The notes below the pieces were generated by a model. It saw only the letters and a program-made list of their open reading frames with translations, was not told the DNA's origin and did not search any database. DNA of 64,000 nucleotides from Octopus vulgaris. Its lineage: Eukaryota. Position numbers and translations under genes: made by a program. Location of the stretch: positions 139,314,001 through 139,378,000 of the forward strand of contig OX597814.1 in NCBI GenBank assembly GCA_951406725.2, read 5' to 3'. This document shows, in pieces, positions 27,833 to 42,172 of this stretch (positions are counted from its first letter, which is position 1; each line of letters begins with the position of its first letter).

Positions 27833-27991
27833 ATACAAATAAGAAAATGGAGAAACAATTTAGTTGGTTCATCAGCTTTCGGATATTAGAATGTTGACTT
27901 ATTTATTCATTTAACCAAAACGAGAACCTAGTCGGTGTGTTGGTAGTGGATGGAGGTGGTGAGAGAATATATGTGTGTGTATATATATATA

Positions 27992-29223
27992 TTGGCAAGA
28001 AAGTAATTTCGATTTTTTAGTGTGTAATAAAAGTCATTTTTTTCATATAAAGAACGAACTTTAATCAATTATGTACTTTCCATTTTGTTCGATGACCTTT
28101 TGCCACCTTTCTGGTAACTTCATAAATTCCACGCTCATAGAACTTCTGGTCGTTATCAGCCAAAAATTGAAGCAACTGCGATTTCAGGTCGTCATTTACC
28201 ATTCAAAGAATTTTGCAAGCTTCGAAATAAATAGTAACCTGCTGGTACAAGGTCTGGGCTTTATGGTGAATGTGACATCACTTTCCAACCAAGCTGCAAC
28301 AATTTTTCACGAGTTAGTAAAGACGTATGTGGTCTAGCATTATCATGGTACGATACGATTCCTTTATGATTTGCCAATTTTCTCTGATTGCTTTCTCCAG
28401 TTTTATTAGTTGTTGACAGTAAACATCTGAATTGATCGGTTGGTTCCTTGGAAGCTGCTCAAAATACACAACATCATTGTAATCCCCACCAAGTTGACAG
28501 CATGGCCTTTTTTGATGCAATTCAGCTTTCGATGTGGTTTGCACTGGTTCATTACGCTTCGATCATGATGGTTTTCGATTGATGTTGTTGTAGACACTCC
28601 GTTTTTCATTACCAGTGAGGATTCGTTTCAAAAAAGGCCAATTTTATTGAGTCTGACATGCATATTGCAAATATTGATTTATGTTAAGTGAACCTCTTTC
28701 AATTCATGTGGAACCCAAGTATCGATCTTCTTAACGAGTTCAAGAAATTTTAAGTGATTTTTAATTGTTGTGTGTGATACATTTAATCTCTCTGCAATCT
28801 CTTGCACTGTTATATGACAATCAGATTCAATTAATGCTTTGATTCGTTCATCATCAACTTCAGTATTTTGACCAGAACGTTGGTCATCTTTGAGTGAAAA
28901 ATCTCCAGAACGGAATTTTTTAAACCATTCCAGACATGTGCATTCTATAAACTTCACATATCTCTTTGTGAGCCTCGACTGCATTCTTGTCTTTACGGAA
29001 ATAAAAAAGCAAAATATGGCAAAAATGTTCGTTTTTGCACTCCATGTTAAAATTGACACTGAACTAACAGCTATAAACAAAATTACGCGCAATTTGCTTC
29101 TGAAGTAAGCTAAAAGTAACGGCTATCAAATGTCTAAAGGAAAAAATCATAACATTGGCAAAAGTCATTCAAAAGAATCGTAACTCTATGTATTTGTGAA
29201 AAATGAAATTACTTTCTTGCCAA
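27992..29223 (-). mobile_element. Full-length degenerate Tc1/mariner (mariner-type) DNA transposon
   Basis: Terminal inverted repeats TTGGCAAGAAAGTAATTTC / GAAATTACTTTCTTGCCAA, TA on both sides, about 1.23 kb, with a transposase remnant inside. Confidence 0.93.
28060..29045 (-). pseudogene. Mariner transposase pseudogene
   Basis: WFKKFRSGDFSLKDDQRSG, HTH region, WVPHEL and HDNARPH present. TGDEKW reads TGNEKR and YSPDLAPxD reads *SPDLVPAG. Several frameshifts. Confidence 0.9.
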
Positions 29224-29274
29224 TATAATATATGATATAATATAATATGATATGATATAATATAATATGATATA

Positions 29275-29321
<47 letters not shown>

Positions 29322-30129
29322 CTGCTAATTAAATATTTCTCTCGTTGACGCAAAGCCTCAAATTTTGAAGGAGAGTATATTTGGTCATATTTTCATTGGC
29401 ATGGACGTGGTTAAGAAGATTGCTTTGCAACCTGGTGATTTCGGGCGCAATCCCACTGCGCAGCATCTTCGGTTTCTTGTACTGTTGTCCCGGACCAATC
29501 AAGGTCTTGTGGGTGAATTTAGTAAAAAGAAACTGTGCAAAAGCCTAATGTGTGTGTGTGTTTACCACCCCACCCTATCGCTTGACACTCGATCTTGGTT
29601 TGTCTGCATCCCTGTAACTTAGAGGTTCGGCAAAGACTCACAGAATAAGTCCCAGACTTTGAAAATATGTACTAGGGTTGATCTGTCAGACTAAAACCTT
29701 TCAAGGCAATGCCCCAGCATGGCCGCAGTCAAGTGACTGAAACAAGTAAAAGAGGATACTTTATGTGTGTTACTCTGCTAAAATATTACTTCTCATAATT
29801 GTTCTGGATCTTTGAAAAGCATTGTTATTCTTTTACTGGTTTCAACCACAGGATCAGGCCATGCTGGGGCATCGCCTTTCTAACAGACATGAATTATCAC
29901 TCTACAGTCCTCTGCTTTACATACTGAGCGATCGCGAGATACATGCAACTTTTTTTTTAATTACACCAGTGTGCATCTTATCACAAACTATCAGTAAACT
30001 CTATGGACTATTTCACAACTTTGAAGGGTCCCATCGAAGTAATATGTTGATAAATGAAACTCTTTTCAGCAAACGCCACTGATAAAATATGTTCTGCCCT
30101 AATAAATTTCTAATGTAATAATTGGAAAC

Positions 30130-30752
30130 TAAGGCAGCGAGCTGGCAGAATCGTTAGCACGCCAGGCGAAATGCTTAGTGGTATTTTATCTCTCGCTACC
30201 TGAGTTCAAATTCCGCCGAGGTCGACTTTGCCTTTCATCCTTTCGGGGTCGATTAAATAAGTACCAGTTACGCACTGGGGTCGATGTAATCGACTTAATT
30301 CGTTTGTCTATCCTTGTTTGTCCCCCCTGTGTTTAGTCCCTTGTGGGTAGTAAAGAAATGGGTATTTTATCTGTCTTTACGTTGAGTTCTGAGTTCAAAG
30401 CCCAGGTTGACTTTGCCTTTCATCCTTTCGGGGTTCGATAAATTAAGTACCAGTTGTGTACTGGAGTCGATCTAATCGATTGTCCCGCTCCCCAAAAATT
30501 TCGGGCCTTGTGCCTAGAGTAGAAAAGAATAAGTGGAAACTGAAAAAGCAGCGAGTTATTAGAATCATTAACACGTCGGACAAAATACTTAGCGACATTT
30601 CGTTCGCCTTTACGTTCTGAGTTCAAATTCTGCTAAGGTCGACTCTGCCGGTCATCATTTTGGGGTCGATAAAATAAATACCAGTTGAGCACTGGAGTCG
30701 ATGTAATCGACTTTGCCCCTACCTCGTAGGCATTGTGCCAACATTTGAAACC
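30130..30752 (+). mobile_element. SINE family A heterodimer (30130-30530) followed by an older monomer
   Basis: Unit 1 tail ends GTAGTAAAGAAAT, unit 2 tail ends GTAGAAAAGAATA; flanking TGGAAACT duplication. Confidence 0.85.
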
Positions 30753-31264
30753 ACTAACTGCAGGAGTATGGATGAGACTATATTCTGAAATTGGCGCCCA
30801 CAGTTTTTTGTTTTCTGATATTTTAATTTCTTTCACATAAACAATTGTAGTAAATGTCATATTGTTTCACTTGTTAGGACACTATCAGCTTTAATGAATT
30901 TGGTGGTATATTAGAGTGATCTCCCTTGACATTTTTTTTTTTTTAATTCTCACTTTTAAGAACTGACGTGGTCTGCTATTATTCAGGCCAAATTCGGCTT
31001 CAAAAGAACAAGTTAACCGACCCGTTTTTTAATTTGTGAAGCTTATTGTTCTCCATCTACATAATCCAATATGTCCCCTATCAAGACGATAGCAGTTTGA
31101 GAAAGATCAGACTTCTAAATCTAACAGATCACCATAGAAACACCCTCATTGAGTACTTATTTTTTAAGTTTGATATTTATTATATCAGTCTCTTTTTACT
31201 GAACCACTAAGTCATGTGGACATAAACAAACCAACACCATTTGTGAAGAAGTGGACACATACAC

Positions 31265-31305
<41 letters not shown>

Positions 31306-32557
31306 GATGGGCTTCTATAGTTTCCTTCTACCAAATTCATTTGAAAGGCATTGGTTGACCTAGGGCTACCATGCATAAACCATAAACATATAACTTCCTT
31401 TCATATGATATTTTCAGCAAAAAGAAAAATTTGATACTTTAACAGAAAAACATAACCAGCATTTATACAAAAACTCGAAGAATTTTTTATTCTGAAAGAG
31501 TCATGTTTATGTTACCAATTGGAGTAGATTGACACTGGATTTTGCATTTATTTGTTCATCCAGCTCATTTTTTTCACTATAACGTCCTGTGTTCAAATCC
31601 TGGGGAGGTAGATAGAATTGATCTATTTGTTTATCCTATGCTGAATCATAAGAACAAATCAGGGCCAGTAATTATTTAAATATTAAGTGGACGAGAGACA
31701 AATATGTACCAGGATAAGATGCAGATCTAATATGAGAGGATTTTTTTGGACATGAATCTTATTTTACACAACTCCGCAAAACTGCTGCTGCCTATGCTAA
31801 TGTATGATACCACTCTGTGATACCCACTCACAGCTAGATAAACATAGATGCCAAAGTCACACTATTTTGGCCATGGATACACACAGCACAAATGTCAGGA
31901 TATGGACTGCTGACCTCTTGGTGGTTGTCCAGTGATTCATTGATTCATTCATCCATGACTTAAATAAAATTTAATACTTTTAATATATTTTACACTTGAT
32001 TTCATCAACAACTTTTTTTCCTCCAAATGCTAATTCATTCTTTACAAGCTCAAAAACCACTTGTTCAAATTCATTTATTTAATGCATGCAAATATTTTAA
32101 CATGTCTCTACAGCCATGCTAATATAGTTGGATAAGATTAAAATTTAAGAAATTGGTATGGTATGGTATGGTTATTTCTTAATCTACTCAAGCTATCAAG
32201 TGGGGATGATACCTACTTTATCGATCAAAAGGAAACAAACAGGTAAATTCTTAATAAAAAAAAAAGGTACAGGAACAGACAATGATAGAATTTGAACTTA
32301 TGACAAAAAGGATCAGTTATTTAACATCTTACCCCTCATCCACTGGTACAAAGACAAAACTGATCCCCTAAATCTAATTGCAAAATATCACAGACAAGTC
32401 ATTTTGCATTGGCACAAAAAGTGTGTAGTCTTTCCTCACATGAAATTCTGCCCAAAAAAAGTTTCCAACAAATGAATCTCTGGCAAGATAGACTTTATCC
32501 TTTCAAAACACTATTCTTTGGCATTCTCTACTCAAAAAAAGTTCCCTTTGATGTGTA

Positions 32558-32710
32558 CTACACAAACGCTCTCATTTTTGCTGTAGTTTTTTGCTTCATA
32601 GAAGCATTCTCTGAAGACCAATGTGTGAATAAAACAGCTGCTGCTAAACGTGCTCTGTTTTCATAGAGATCCAGGTCATGGTACCATTCCACACTACCCC
32701 ACTTCTGGGT
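32558..32710 (-). CDS. ATPAF2: ATPAF2 coding exon 8 (terminal)
   Basis: ttcag|ACC; TQKWGSVEWYHDLDLYENRARLAAAVLFTHWSSENASMKQKTTAKMRAFV then TAG at 32560-32558; ATP12 WGxVEWxHD motif. The eight exons sum to 864 nt (287 aa + stop). Confidence 0.96.
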   Translation of the reverse strand, partial: TQKWGSVEWYHDLDLYENRARLAAAVLFTHWSSENASMKQKTTAKMRAFV

Positions 32711-33141
32711 CTGAAATAGAAATAGTAGAAAATATGTTTTTAAAAATTATGAATAATTAACATAATATAGTCTGTGTATATGTGTATGAGTGTGCATGCA
32801 CATGTGTATATATGTATGTGCACGTGTACATGTGAGTGTGCATACACAGGTGAATATATATGTATATGAATGTATCTTTGTGAGAGAGAGTGTGTGTGTG
32901 CATGCGCACATGTGCACATGCACACACAAAAGCTACAAATTGGAATTGGTTGAACAAATCTTCAAACATTTTCCCCAAGTCTTTCAATTTTGCAGTATTC
33001 CATCTCTGCAGCTAAATCTTCTCTCAACACTGATGTAACCATTTATTTCTCATAATATCTAACATCAACAGATGATTTTTTTTTTCAAAAAAACAATATG
33101 TATTATCCATTCACACACCTCTATGCACTAGCTACTGTATA

Positions 33142-33374
33142 TATTTCTTTATTGCCCACAAGGGGCTAAACATAGAGAAGACAAACAAGGACAGACGAAG
33201 GGATTAAGTCGATTACATCAACCCCAGTGCGAAGCTAGTACTTTATTTATCGACCTCGAAAGGATGAGAGGCAAAGTCGACCTCGGCGGAATTTGAACTC
33301 AGAACGTAACAACAGACGAAATACCGCTAAGCATTTCGCCCAGCGCGTTAACATTTCTGCCAGCTCACCACCTT
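33142..33374 (-). mobile_element. SINE family A monomer in ATPAF2 intron 7
   Basis: Full head, body and tail; TSD TAGCTACTGTATAT. Confidence 0.88.
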
Positions 33375-34100
33375 TTATAGCTACTGTATATGGCACACAG
33401 TCATATAAACTGCTTTGAAAATTATATAATAAATACAACATCAAATATAAGTTATGAGAAATAAACATTTAAAATCCAAAAAGAAATCCATTAAAAATAT
33501 AAATCAAAATTAATTCTAATAATCAGATAATTTTAAAAGTCATAAGCTAAAATGTCTATTCTCCACACACAATCAAGCCAAGTTTCAAATTTATGGATAT
33601 CTTCCTCCTCCCTTCCCACTAGTCTCAGGGGCCCTGTAAAAGGTCATGAGCACTGCTTGCTTCCTGACTAACAGATAAAAGAAAAATAAGATTTAACGTT
33701 TCTGTTGCCATATTAAAACTTACTATTTTAACTTAGTATTTTATATATAAGGGACATAATTCCCAACAAGAAAAGTTATTTGTAGTGTTGTTATCATCAA
33801 TAATATTGTCCTAATGTATTGTATTGATGATAAAAGACACATGGGAATATTAGATGCACCCAATCTTAGAAGCAGTCGTTGCATATCTCAGACTGGGTTT
33901 CAAACCGACAACTTTGCACTCACTGCAGTCTCATCTCCTGAGGGAACTTTTCTGACAAGGAGACTATGGTAGCTTGGTCAAGCATTGAGGTGCCCCCCCC
34001 CTCCCCGCCCCCCACGATGAACTCATCGAGAAGGCAATAGCACCAGATCCTTCCCTAGGTAACACCGCGTCATAACAACATACATATAGTAAGAACATAC

Positions 34101-34216
34101 CTGAAATTCCATCTCCAAACGGGAAAGAAATACAGCATCATTCACAGTCAGGTGGCGCTCGACTAAACCCATAGTTAGTATCACAGACTTCACACATTCA
34201 ACAGCACTGAAAATCC
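34101..34216 (-). CDS. ATPAF2: ATPAF2 coding exon 7
   Basis: tgcag|GG...CAG|gtatgt; GIFSAVECVKSVILTMGLVERHLTVNDAVFLSRLEMEFQ; 116 nt, phase 1-0. Confidence 0.96.
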
Positions 34217-35528
34217 CTGCAGACAAGTAAAAGATTTTTTAAAATCATTGAAATACATGGTATCACCATTTTCTCCCACACAAGAATTCACAGCGTTTTT
34301 AAAGTGATAAACAACATAGTGATAGATATACTTCATGGGTTGGATATTTATCTATTACCTGTAACTTTTGTTTAGGAAATATTGAAACCAATATTGCAAA
34401 CCTACAACTCTCTCATCAGTTCTATAGTGCTACCACTGCTTACAGTAGTGAGTTTACATCATGCAATGTGACTTAGTCATTGACAGTCAAGAATCTTGGT
34501 CATGGACACATGCTGTGACTGTGACAGAGTACTGAAACTGACAACAACACCAGAGCTTATGATTAAGTATCCTATCAATATCAGGTTGCTTGTGAGTACT
34601 AACTGGTAATGAATGACCCGGTACAACTTGTTACATGGTCAGGTCATCGGTGACTAAGCCAGCAACCCCACCAAGCTTGCTTGAAGACAAGGGTGATTTT
34701 TGGACACCCTGTGGGATGAAAAACAACTCATCCAAAAAGAAGATGAAGTCAGGAAAGTCAACAACCAACAAATTTTGTGTAAATATGCTTGTTTGAAATG
34801 TATGCAAAGACTGAACTTTTTAGTTGATTGCATAGAAGAAACATACCCACCAACAAACAAGTTTCAATGAGCAGCAACATCACTCTAAGATATGTACTTC
34901 AGAGATAAGTGGACATGTAGATCACCCTGAACATCCCATTGCATCCTTGATAAATTCCCTCTTAGCTAGTCAACCTTGCCACCAGTGCAGGAGGTCAGAG
35001 ATGAACGACTGAGATTGGTCAACCAGGACAGCCTCCTTCACTATAATCCGAGTTCAATGCAAGTCAGAATTCAAACTTCTTCACAAATCGACAGCAAACC
35101 CTTCATCGCAATGTTCAGGATACCACATGCATCTGTGACTATGAAATACTGCCTACTCTAGCTTCATCATACACAAGGTATAGTATAGGCTAAAGCAGCA
35201 GTAAATATCCAGTATACACTGTGGGTAAATAAGAGGTGGAGTCTTGGTCATCTTCAAAGACACAGGCAAGCAACATATCCTATCAACTGAGTTATTTAAA
35301 TCGTACATGATGGCTAGATATCTAAAAACAAATACAACTCTGAAACTATTCTTAATCCATTTTCTCTTTATCTAAATCCATTGCTGGCAGATATCACAGC
35401 GCACTGGAGTTAAACCCAGTTTCTAAATCTCTAAACAGTTCTTAAATATTCCTCATTTTATGTAAGACCACAGATTTTGCAGGTTTTAGTCAGGGAGGAA
35501 GATATGCTCTCTCTGATACACTCTCTCT

Positions 35529-35578
<50 letters not shown>

Positions 35579-35916
35579 GCAGCTCAACTGCCTACATAAA
35601 GGATCTGCATATCTACAAGGTACCAAATTTTATTCATCAAAAGTGCAGTAACTTCATAAGGAACACATCATAGATAACTGTTAAGGAACATTAGCTTCAC
35701 TAGCAATGATTTTTTTTAAATCTCTTAGATAAGGAAGCCTATATGTTGTAAAATAAATTCCATGTTACTACCATTTACATTGAGTTGTATATCACATGGA
35801 GCATAAATAGACATTAATATGAAAGAACATCAAGAGAATATTATTCGGTCATGCAACAGTTGGGAAATTCAATAAATTAAATAAGGGAAAATGTAAACAT
35901 CAAAAGTAACATCTAC

Positions 35917-36029
35917 CTGTTAACCCCCACATGGTGTATGAATTCAGTTGTGTATGTATTCCACCTATCGTGGCATCTGAGATGCAAGGCAGAGCAAATG
36001 TTGTAGTCGTCTCAATTGGCACATTATAT
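35917..36029 (-). CDS. ATPAF2: ATPAF2 coding exon 6
   Basis: tgtag|A...G|gtagat; YNVPIETTTTFALPCISDATIGGIHTQLNSYTMWGLT(G); 113 nt, phase 2-1. Confidence 0.92.
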
Positions 36030-36276
36030 CTACAATCATAAAACAACCCATATCAGGATTACATTAACAGGTTACACGTTTACACTTCTTTAATTCACAG
36101 TTAAAACTGGTATTTCATTGGGTTTTTTTTTGCCTACATAATGATGATGATGATGATGAGATGGCTAACTTTGATGATGACGGTTGAAACTTTACTGCAG
36201 CAACAGTCTCAAGTTGCTGGGTAAGGTACATAACTCCTGCTTTTCTAAGTACATTTGATTTGACAAACAGGTGCTA

Positions 36277-36677
36277 TTCTTTTCTACTCTAGGCACAAGG
36301 CCTGAAATTTTGGGGAAGGGGGCCAGTCAATTAAATCGACCCTAGTATGCAACTGGTACTTAATTTATTGACCCCCAAAACAATGGAAGGCAAAGTCGAC
36401 CTCAGCAGAATTTGAACTCAGAACATAAAGACAGACGAAATACCTATTTCTTTACTACCCACAAGGGGCTAAACACAGAGAGGACAAACAAGGACAGACA
36501 AACGGATTAAGTCGATTATATCGACCCCAGTGCGTAACCGGTACTTATTTAATCAACCCCGAAAGGATGAAAGGCAAAGTCGACCTCGGCGGAATTTGAA
36601 CTCAGAACGTAACGACAGACGAAATACCGCTAAGCATTTCGCCTGATGTGCTAACGTTTCTGCCAGCTCACCGCCTT
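36277..36677 (-). mobile_element. SINE family A heterodimer in ATPAF2 intron 5
   Basis: Two units; TSD AAACAGGTGCTATTCT. Confidence 0.88.
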
Positions 36678-37419
36678 AAACAGGTGCTATTCTATATCAT
36701 GGTGGCATGCTTAGTAATAGCAAGAACATCTAGATGTAATATCAGTTATTCTCATGAAAACGATCCCAATAATGCTACCTTATGAAAATTGATGCAAAAC
36801 AGTACAAAATCTATTCTTATAAATGTTTAAATTTAAGTAATTTCTGAAATCTAATAAATTCCATGGTGAGAAAATTTTGTTAGCACTTTCAATTTATGTT
36901 AGCACTATCAAGCGTTTTTTCTATTTATTTCATTCTTTATGCCACCTTCAAATCAATATTTCTTCAATTTTTTTTTGTCATCATATAAATGCAGGCATAG
37001 CTGTGTGGTTAAGAAACATGCTTAACAACCATGTGGTTTTGAGTTCAGTTCTGAATGTCTTCGATTATAGCCCCAGGTCAACCAATGCCTTATGGGTGAA
37101 ATTAGTAGATGAAGACTGTATGGAAGTTCCCTGTGTGTGTGTGTGTTTGTCCCTACCCACACTAATTCACGACTAGCGTTGGTTTGTTTACATCCTCATA
37201 ACTTAACAATTCAACAAAAAAGACCAATGAAATAAGTACTGGACTAGAAAAACAGTAAAAACTAAAAGAAATGTGAGGTAGAAGATAGTCAGTGTATCAC
37301 ACAAGAAGGAGAAAGTCACCAGAATATGAACAAAAACTGTTCAGAAAAAAATGACTGATATTCTACTACAATTGTGACTTCTCAAAATTTTCCAGGTAAA
37401 ATGACAACAAATAACTTAC

Positions 37420-37500
37420 CGATTTTTAAACCAGTTAATAATTGGATCCCACTTTTGTTTCTGCAGTTCCAATAAGTCCTCAGGTTCAGACATTCGATAG
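37420..37500 (-). CDS. ATPAF2: ATPAF2 coding exon 5
   Basis: tgcag|C...CG|gtaagt; YRMSEPEDLLELQKQKWDPIINWFKNR; 81 nt, phase 2-2. Confidence 0.96.
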
Positions 37501-39318
37501 CTGCAAACCAAAAATATGAGCTTCAGTGTTTATGGATAGATAGAGGAAGGTTTTTAAATAATCTGTTTTCAGCATTCAGATTACTCTAGCAAACATAATG
37601 CTTACTTATTCACATTGTTTTGAATTAATCATGCATTATCTTGTAGCTTTGAGATTTTGATGATGTGATTGTTTATATTCAGAATGACATTTTAGGGTAA
37701 CTGTCAGAGGCAGGATCTGGACAGTTTGAACATAAAACAGAATATTTTGGCCAGATATGGCAGGTTAAAATGTGAAAGGGTTAACAAATAAATTCTATGA
37801 AAACAACAATATACCAAAGGAAAGACTTCTAGCTTAATCTAGCTATTTAGTTTTTTAGTTTGTTTTTTTTAGTTTTTTAACAGGTACTGATGTGCATGTG
37901 TGGTTAAGAAGCCTGCTTCCCAACCATGTGTTCTCAAGTTCAGTCCCACTATGCAGCACCTTGGGAAAGTGTCTTCTACTATAATCCAAAGCCTTTCAAG
38001 GCTTTGTGAGTGGATTTAGTCGATGGAAACTAAAAGAAGCCCATATCATCATCGTCGTCGTCATTTAACGTCTGCTTTCTATGCATGGTTTGACTGTAGA
38101 CTGGCAAGCCAGGAGGCTACACCAGGCTCCAATCTGATCTAGCAATGTTTCTACAGCTGGATGCCCTTCCTAATGCCAACCACTTCGAGAGTGTATTAGG
38201 TCCTTTTTACATGCCACCAGCACAGGGGCCAATCACACGGCACTGGCATCAAGCACGCTCAAATGGTGCTTTTTACATGCCACCAGCATGGGAGTCAGTC
38301 AGGTGGCATAAATATATATATATACACATACACACGTGTCCATGTGTATGTGTGAGAATGTGTGTGTGTGTATATATATATACACCCTTGTCTTGACATC
38401 ATGTGATGATCATAAATGAGCCTCACCATCATCATATAAGCTTGTTTCCAGTCTTCCATGAGAAACATGTCTGGCTAAGGGAACAGGAGAGAATTGACAA
38501 CTTGAAGGGCATCTGGCTGTAGAAAACCTGCCTCAATAAATTCCATCTGATCCATGCAAGCTTGGAAAATTGAGACAACATTAAATGATAATAACCACGA
38601 ATTCTAAATTAGCCCTTTCATTACCATATTTATTTTGAGACACACTGTGTTTCTTTCAATTAATTTTAAATATAACAAAGAATTTAGTAAAATAACTTAG
38701 TTATCATTAAGCTAGTGTTAGGAACTTAAATTGTGACTAAGGTGTGGTGGGAGATTTTAATTCAAAATTTTTGAAAACCAGACATTGTACTACAGAGCCA
38801 AAGACGGTTTCAGCTGGGTTGGTAACAAAAATGAGGTTTGTAGCTTTTATACTGTTAACAGCACAGTAAAAAAGACAGTACATCAAAATGATAACGGTAT
38901 CTTTTATCTTTTACTTATTTCAGTTATTAGGCTGTGGCCATGTAATGGCACTATCTTGAAGAATTTTAGTCAAACAAATTGATCACAGTACATTTTTTTT
39001 TTCTAAGCCTGGTACTTATTCTATCAGTCACTTTTGCCAAACCACTAAGTTACAGAGACGTAAACACACCAATACTGGTTGTCAAGTGGTAAGAGTAGGG
39101 GACAAATACAAAGACACACACATACATGTATAAAACATATAATATATATAATGTTTTACCCAATGGGAAAACTAATTGTCACTAAATATGACTAGGGAGT
39201 TAGAAATACCTGCATTGCAAGAAATAAAAGCTAAAATGCTCTAAAACTGTACTCAAAGCACTTAATTGTATACATATATACTGACAGGGACTATAATTAC
39301 CCAAAAACGTCGATCGGC

Positions 39319-39359
<41 letters not shown>

Positions 39360-40411
39360 CGAACACACATAGCTACCATCATCATTGTTTAACATGTCTC
39401 CCATGCATGGGCAGGACAGTTGACAGGAGCTAGCCAGGTAGAAAACTATTTATATATATGCATGCAACAACCTTCTTTCAGTTTCCATCCACCAAATCCA
39501 CTCACAAGGCTTTGGTCAGCTGGAGGTTAAAGAAAACACCTGCCCAATGTGTCACATGGCTGGGAAGCAAACTTCTTACCACACCGCTATGCCTCTGATT
39601 AAGAAGCTTCCTTTGCAATCATATGGTTCCAGGTTCAATCCTACAGTGCAATAATCTACAACAACTGTGAATTGATCAAACTCACATGGTGTGTATATGT
39701 TTTTGTATGTGGGCATAAGATGAAAATTGCGAAAATACATTGTACAAATTTAGTTCTGTCCAAGTTATGTCCCTTGATGCCAAAAATTACTTGTCTTTTA
39801 TCTTATACGAGATCGATCGACTATCGCAGGTTACGTTCCAAAATCACCTGCCATAGGTGAAAATCCACAAAGTAGAAACAGTACTGTAATGTATATATCT
39901 TTTCATTATTTTTATAATTTATATATATATATATTTATGTTATTATGTTATTATACAAAGCAACACCATAAAGGAATCGATGTATGCTTAAATAATAAAC
40001 CGTGGTAGCTGAATTGCAATACGGTGAGGGATTACTGTATTACAGTTCTGAAGTCAATAACAATCAAATAAAACATTTTAAAATGGTGTCCCTACATGAC
40101 CACAGTCCGACAACTGAGACCAGCAAAAACAAACAATGCACTAAAGAATAACAATTAAATATAATCAACTGCAGTAGAAAACTGTGATGGTAATGGTAAA
40201 TTATTTCATTCACACCAGTATGAATGACATTAGAAACAAAAGTAGACAGCTCAAGAGGGAATTGAAATAATATAGAGAACATCATCATCATCATTGTTCT
40301 AACGTCTACTTTTCCAAGCTTCTATGGATCAGAACAGAGTTTATTGGGGCAGGTTCTCAAGGGCTGGATGCAGTTCCTCTACCTGTTTGCAAGCTAGGTG
40401 ATATTTCCTCA

Positions 40412-40820
40412 TGGCAGCAGTGAGCTGGCAGAATTGTTAGCATGTCAGGCGAAATGCTTAGCAGTATTTCGTCTGCCGTTACGTTCTAAGTTCAAATTCC
40501 GCCGAGGTTGACTTTGCCTTTCATCCTTTCGGGGTCGATTAAATAAGTACCAGTTACGCATTGGGGTCGATATAATCGACTTAATCCCTTTGTTTGTCCT
40601 CTCTGTGTTTAGCCCCTGGTGGGTAGTAACGAAATAGGTATTTCGTCTGCCGTTATGTTCTGAGTTCAAATTCTGCCGAGGTCAACTTTGCCTTTCATCC
40701 TTTCAGGGTCAATTAAGTAAGTACTAGTTACACACTGAGTTCGATGTAATCAACTTAATCCCTTTCCCTATCCTTGTTTGTCCCCTCTATATATATTCCT
40801 TGTGGACAATAAAGAAATAA
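40412..40820 (+). mobile_element. SINE family A dimer in ATPAF2 intron 4
   Basis: Two units joined at GAAATA|GGTATTTCG. Confidence 0.88.
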
Positions 40821-41874
40821 GTATTTCTTTATGGCAAGAATGACATTCATTTATAAGAGTCATGCAGTGTCAAGACAAGGAAACAAACTCATGCACACAC
40901 ACAGATGTGCTTCTCTCAGTTTCCATCAACCAAATAAACTCACAAGGCTTTTACTTAGCCCAAGACTATAGTAGAAGACACTTGCCCAAGAGCCATGAAG
41001 TGAAAGCTAACTCAAAACCATGTAGCTGGGAAGCACACAGCCACTCTCTTACTTTCTGTCTCACTCTCACACACACCTGATTCTTTTTACAAATCACTAA
41101 TAGTAAGGCGGCAAACTGGCAGAGTCATTAGCAAGCTGGGCAAAATGCTTAGCAGTACTTTGTCTTTATGTTCTAAGTTCAAATTCCACCAAGGTCAATT
41201 TTGCCTTTCATCCTTTGGGGATGGGGGGGGGCAATAAAATAAGTACCAGTTGAGCATTGGAGGTCGATGTCATCAACTTACCTCTCCCACCGAAATTATT
41301 GACCTTGAACCAAAATTTGAAACTAATAGCACATAAGATGACACAACCAATTTTTGTCATTTTGATCATTTGAAATGAATACATTAAAATGTTGAGTAAC
41401 GAGTTTATGCTGATGACATAACATCTCAAACATTAAGAGAAACACATGTTAAAAATTTTGCCAATGTATCTTTTACTTTCCACTCATTTAAGTCACTGGA
41501 TTGCAGCCATGCAGGGACACCAACTTGAGGATTTAGTCAAATAAATCGACTCCAGTAATTATTTTTAAGTAGTCTGGTACTTATTCTATTAGACATTTTT
41601 TTGCCAAAGCATTAAGTTTCAAGGGTGTAAACAAACCAACACCAGTTGTCAAGAAATAAAGGGGGACAAACACAAACACACAGTTTCTGTCTACCAAATT
41701 CACACTTCACACACAAGTGTCACACAATCTACCATTCATTGAGAGAGAGAGAGAGGAACCCTTTTTATGCTAACAGAGGTAACATTTGTTTCACCCTAAC
41801 CTTATTCTAGCTACTATGCTTTTCCAACACCCACCTCTGCTAATAAGTCAGCATGAGAAACAAAGACAGGATTG

Positions 41875-42172
41875 TTGTTCCTTCTTGAGCCATGCCTGTC
41901 TCATAAGGGCTGGTTTCCCGGTTTCTTAGCGTATAGGTTCCACACCTGGACGGGACGCCGGTCCATCGCAGGTGAGCTGCAAGATGTAGGAGGAAAGAGT
42001 GAGAGAAAGTTGTGGTGAAAGAGTCAGCAGAAGTTCACCATTACCTTCTGCCGGAGCCACGTGGAGCTTAGGTGTTTCGCTCATAGACACACACATCGCC
42101 CGGTCTGAGATTCAAATCCACAATCCCTTGACCATGACTCCGCTGCTCTAACCACTAGACCATGTGCCTCCA
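41875..42172 (-). mobile_element. tRNA-derived SINE family E; partial copy at 22060-22245 (+)
   Basis: Shared CACCTAAGCTCCAC and TTCACCACAACTTTCTCTCACTCTTTC; the tail CACCTGGACGGGACGCCGGTC is also seen on the family C copy at 9045-9258. Confidence 0.75.

Noticed and set aside
32074-32079. Candidate ATPAF2 polyadenylation signal (AATAAA on minus)
   Set aside because: Several equivalent hexamers occur in this AT-rich region; cannot choose without 3'-end data.
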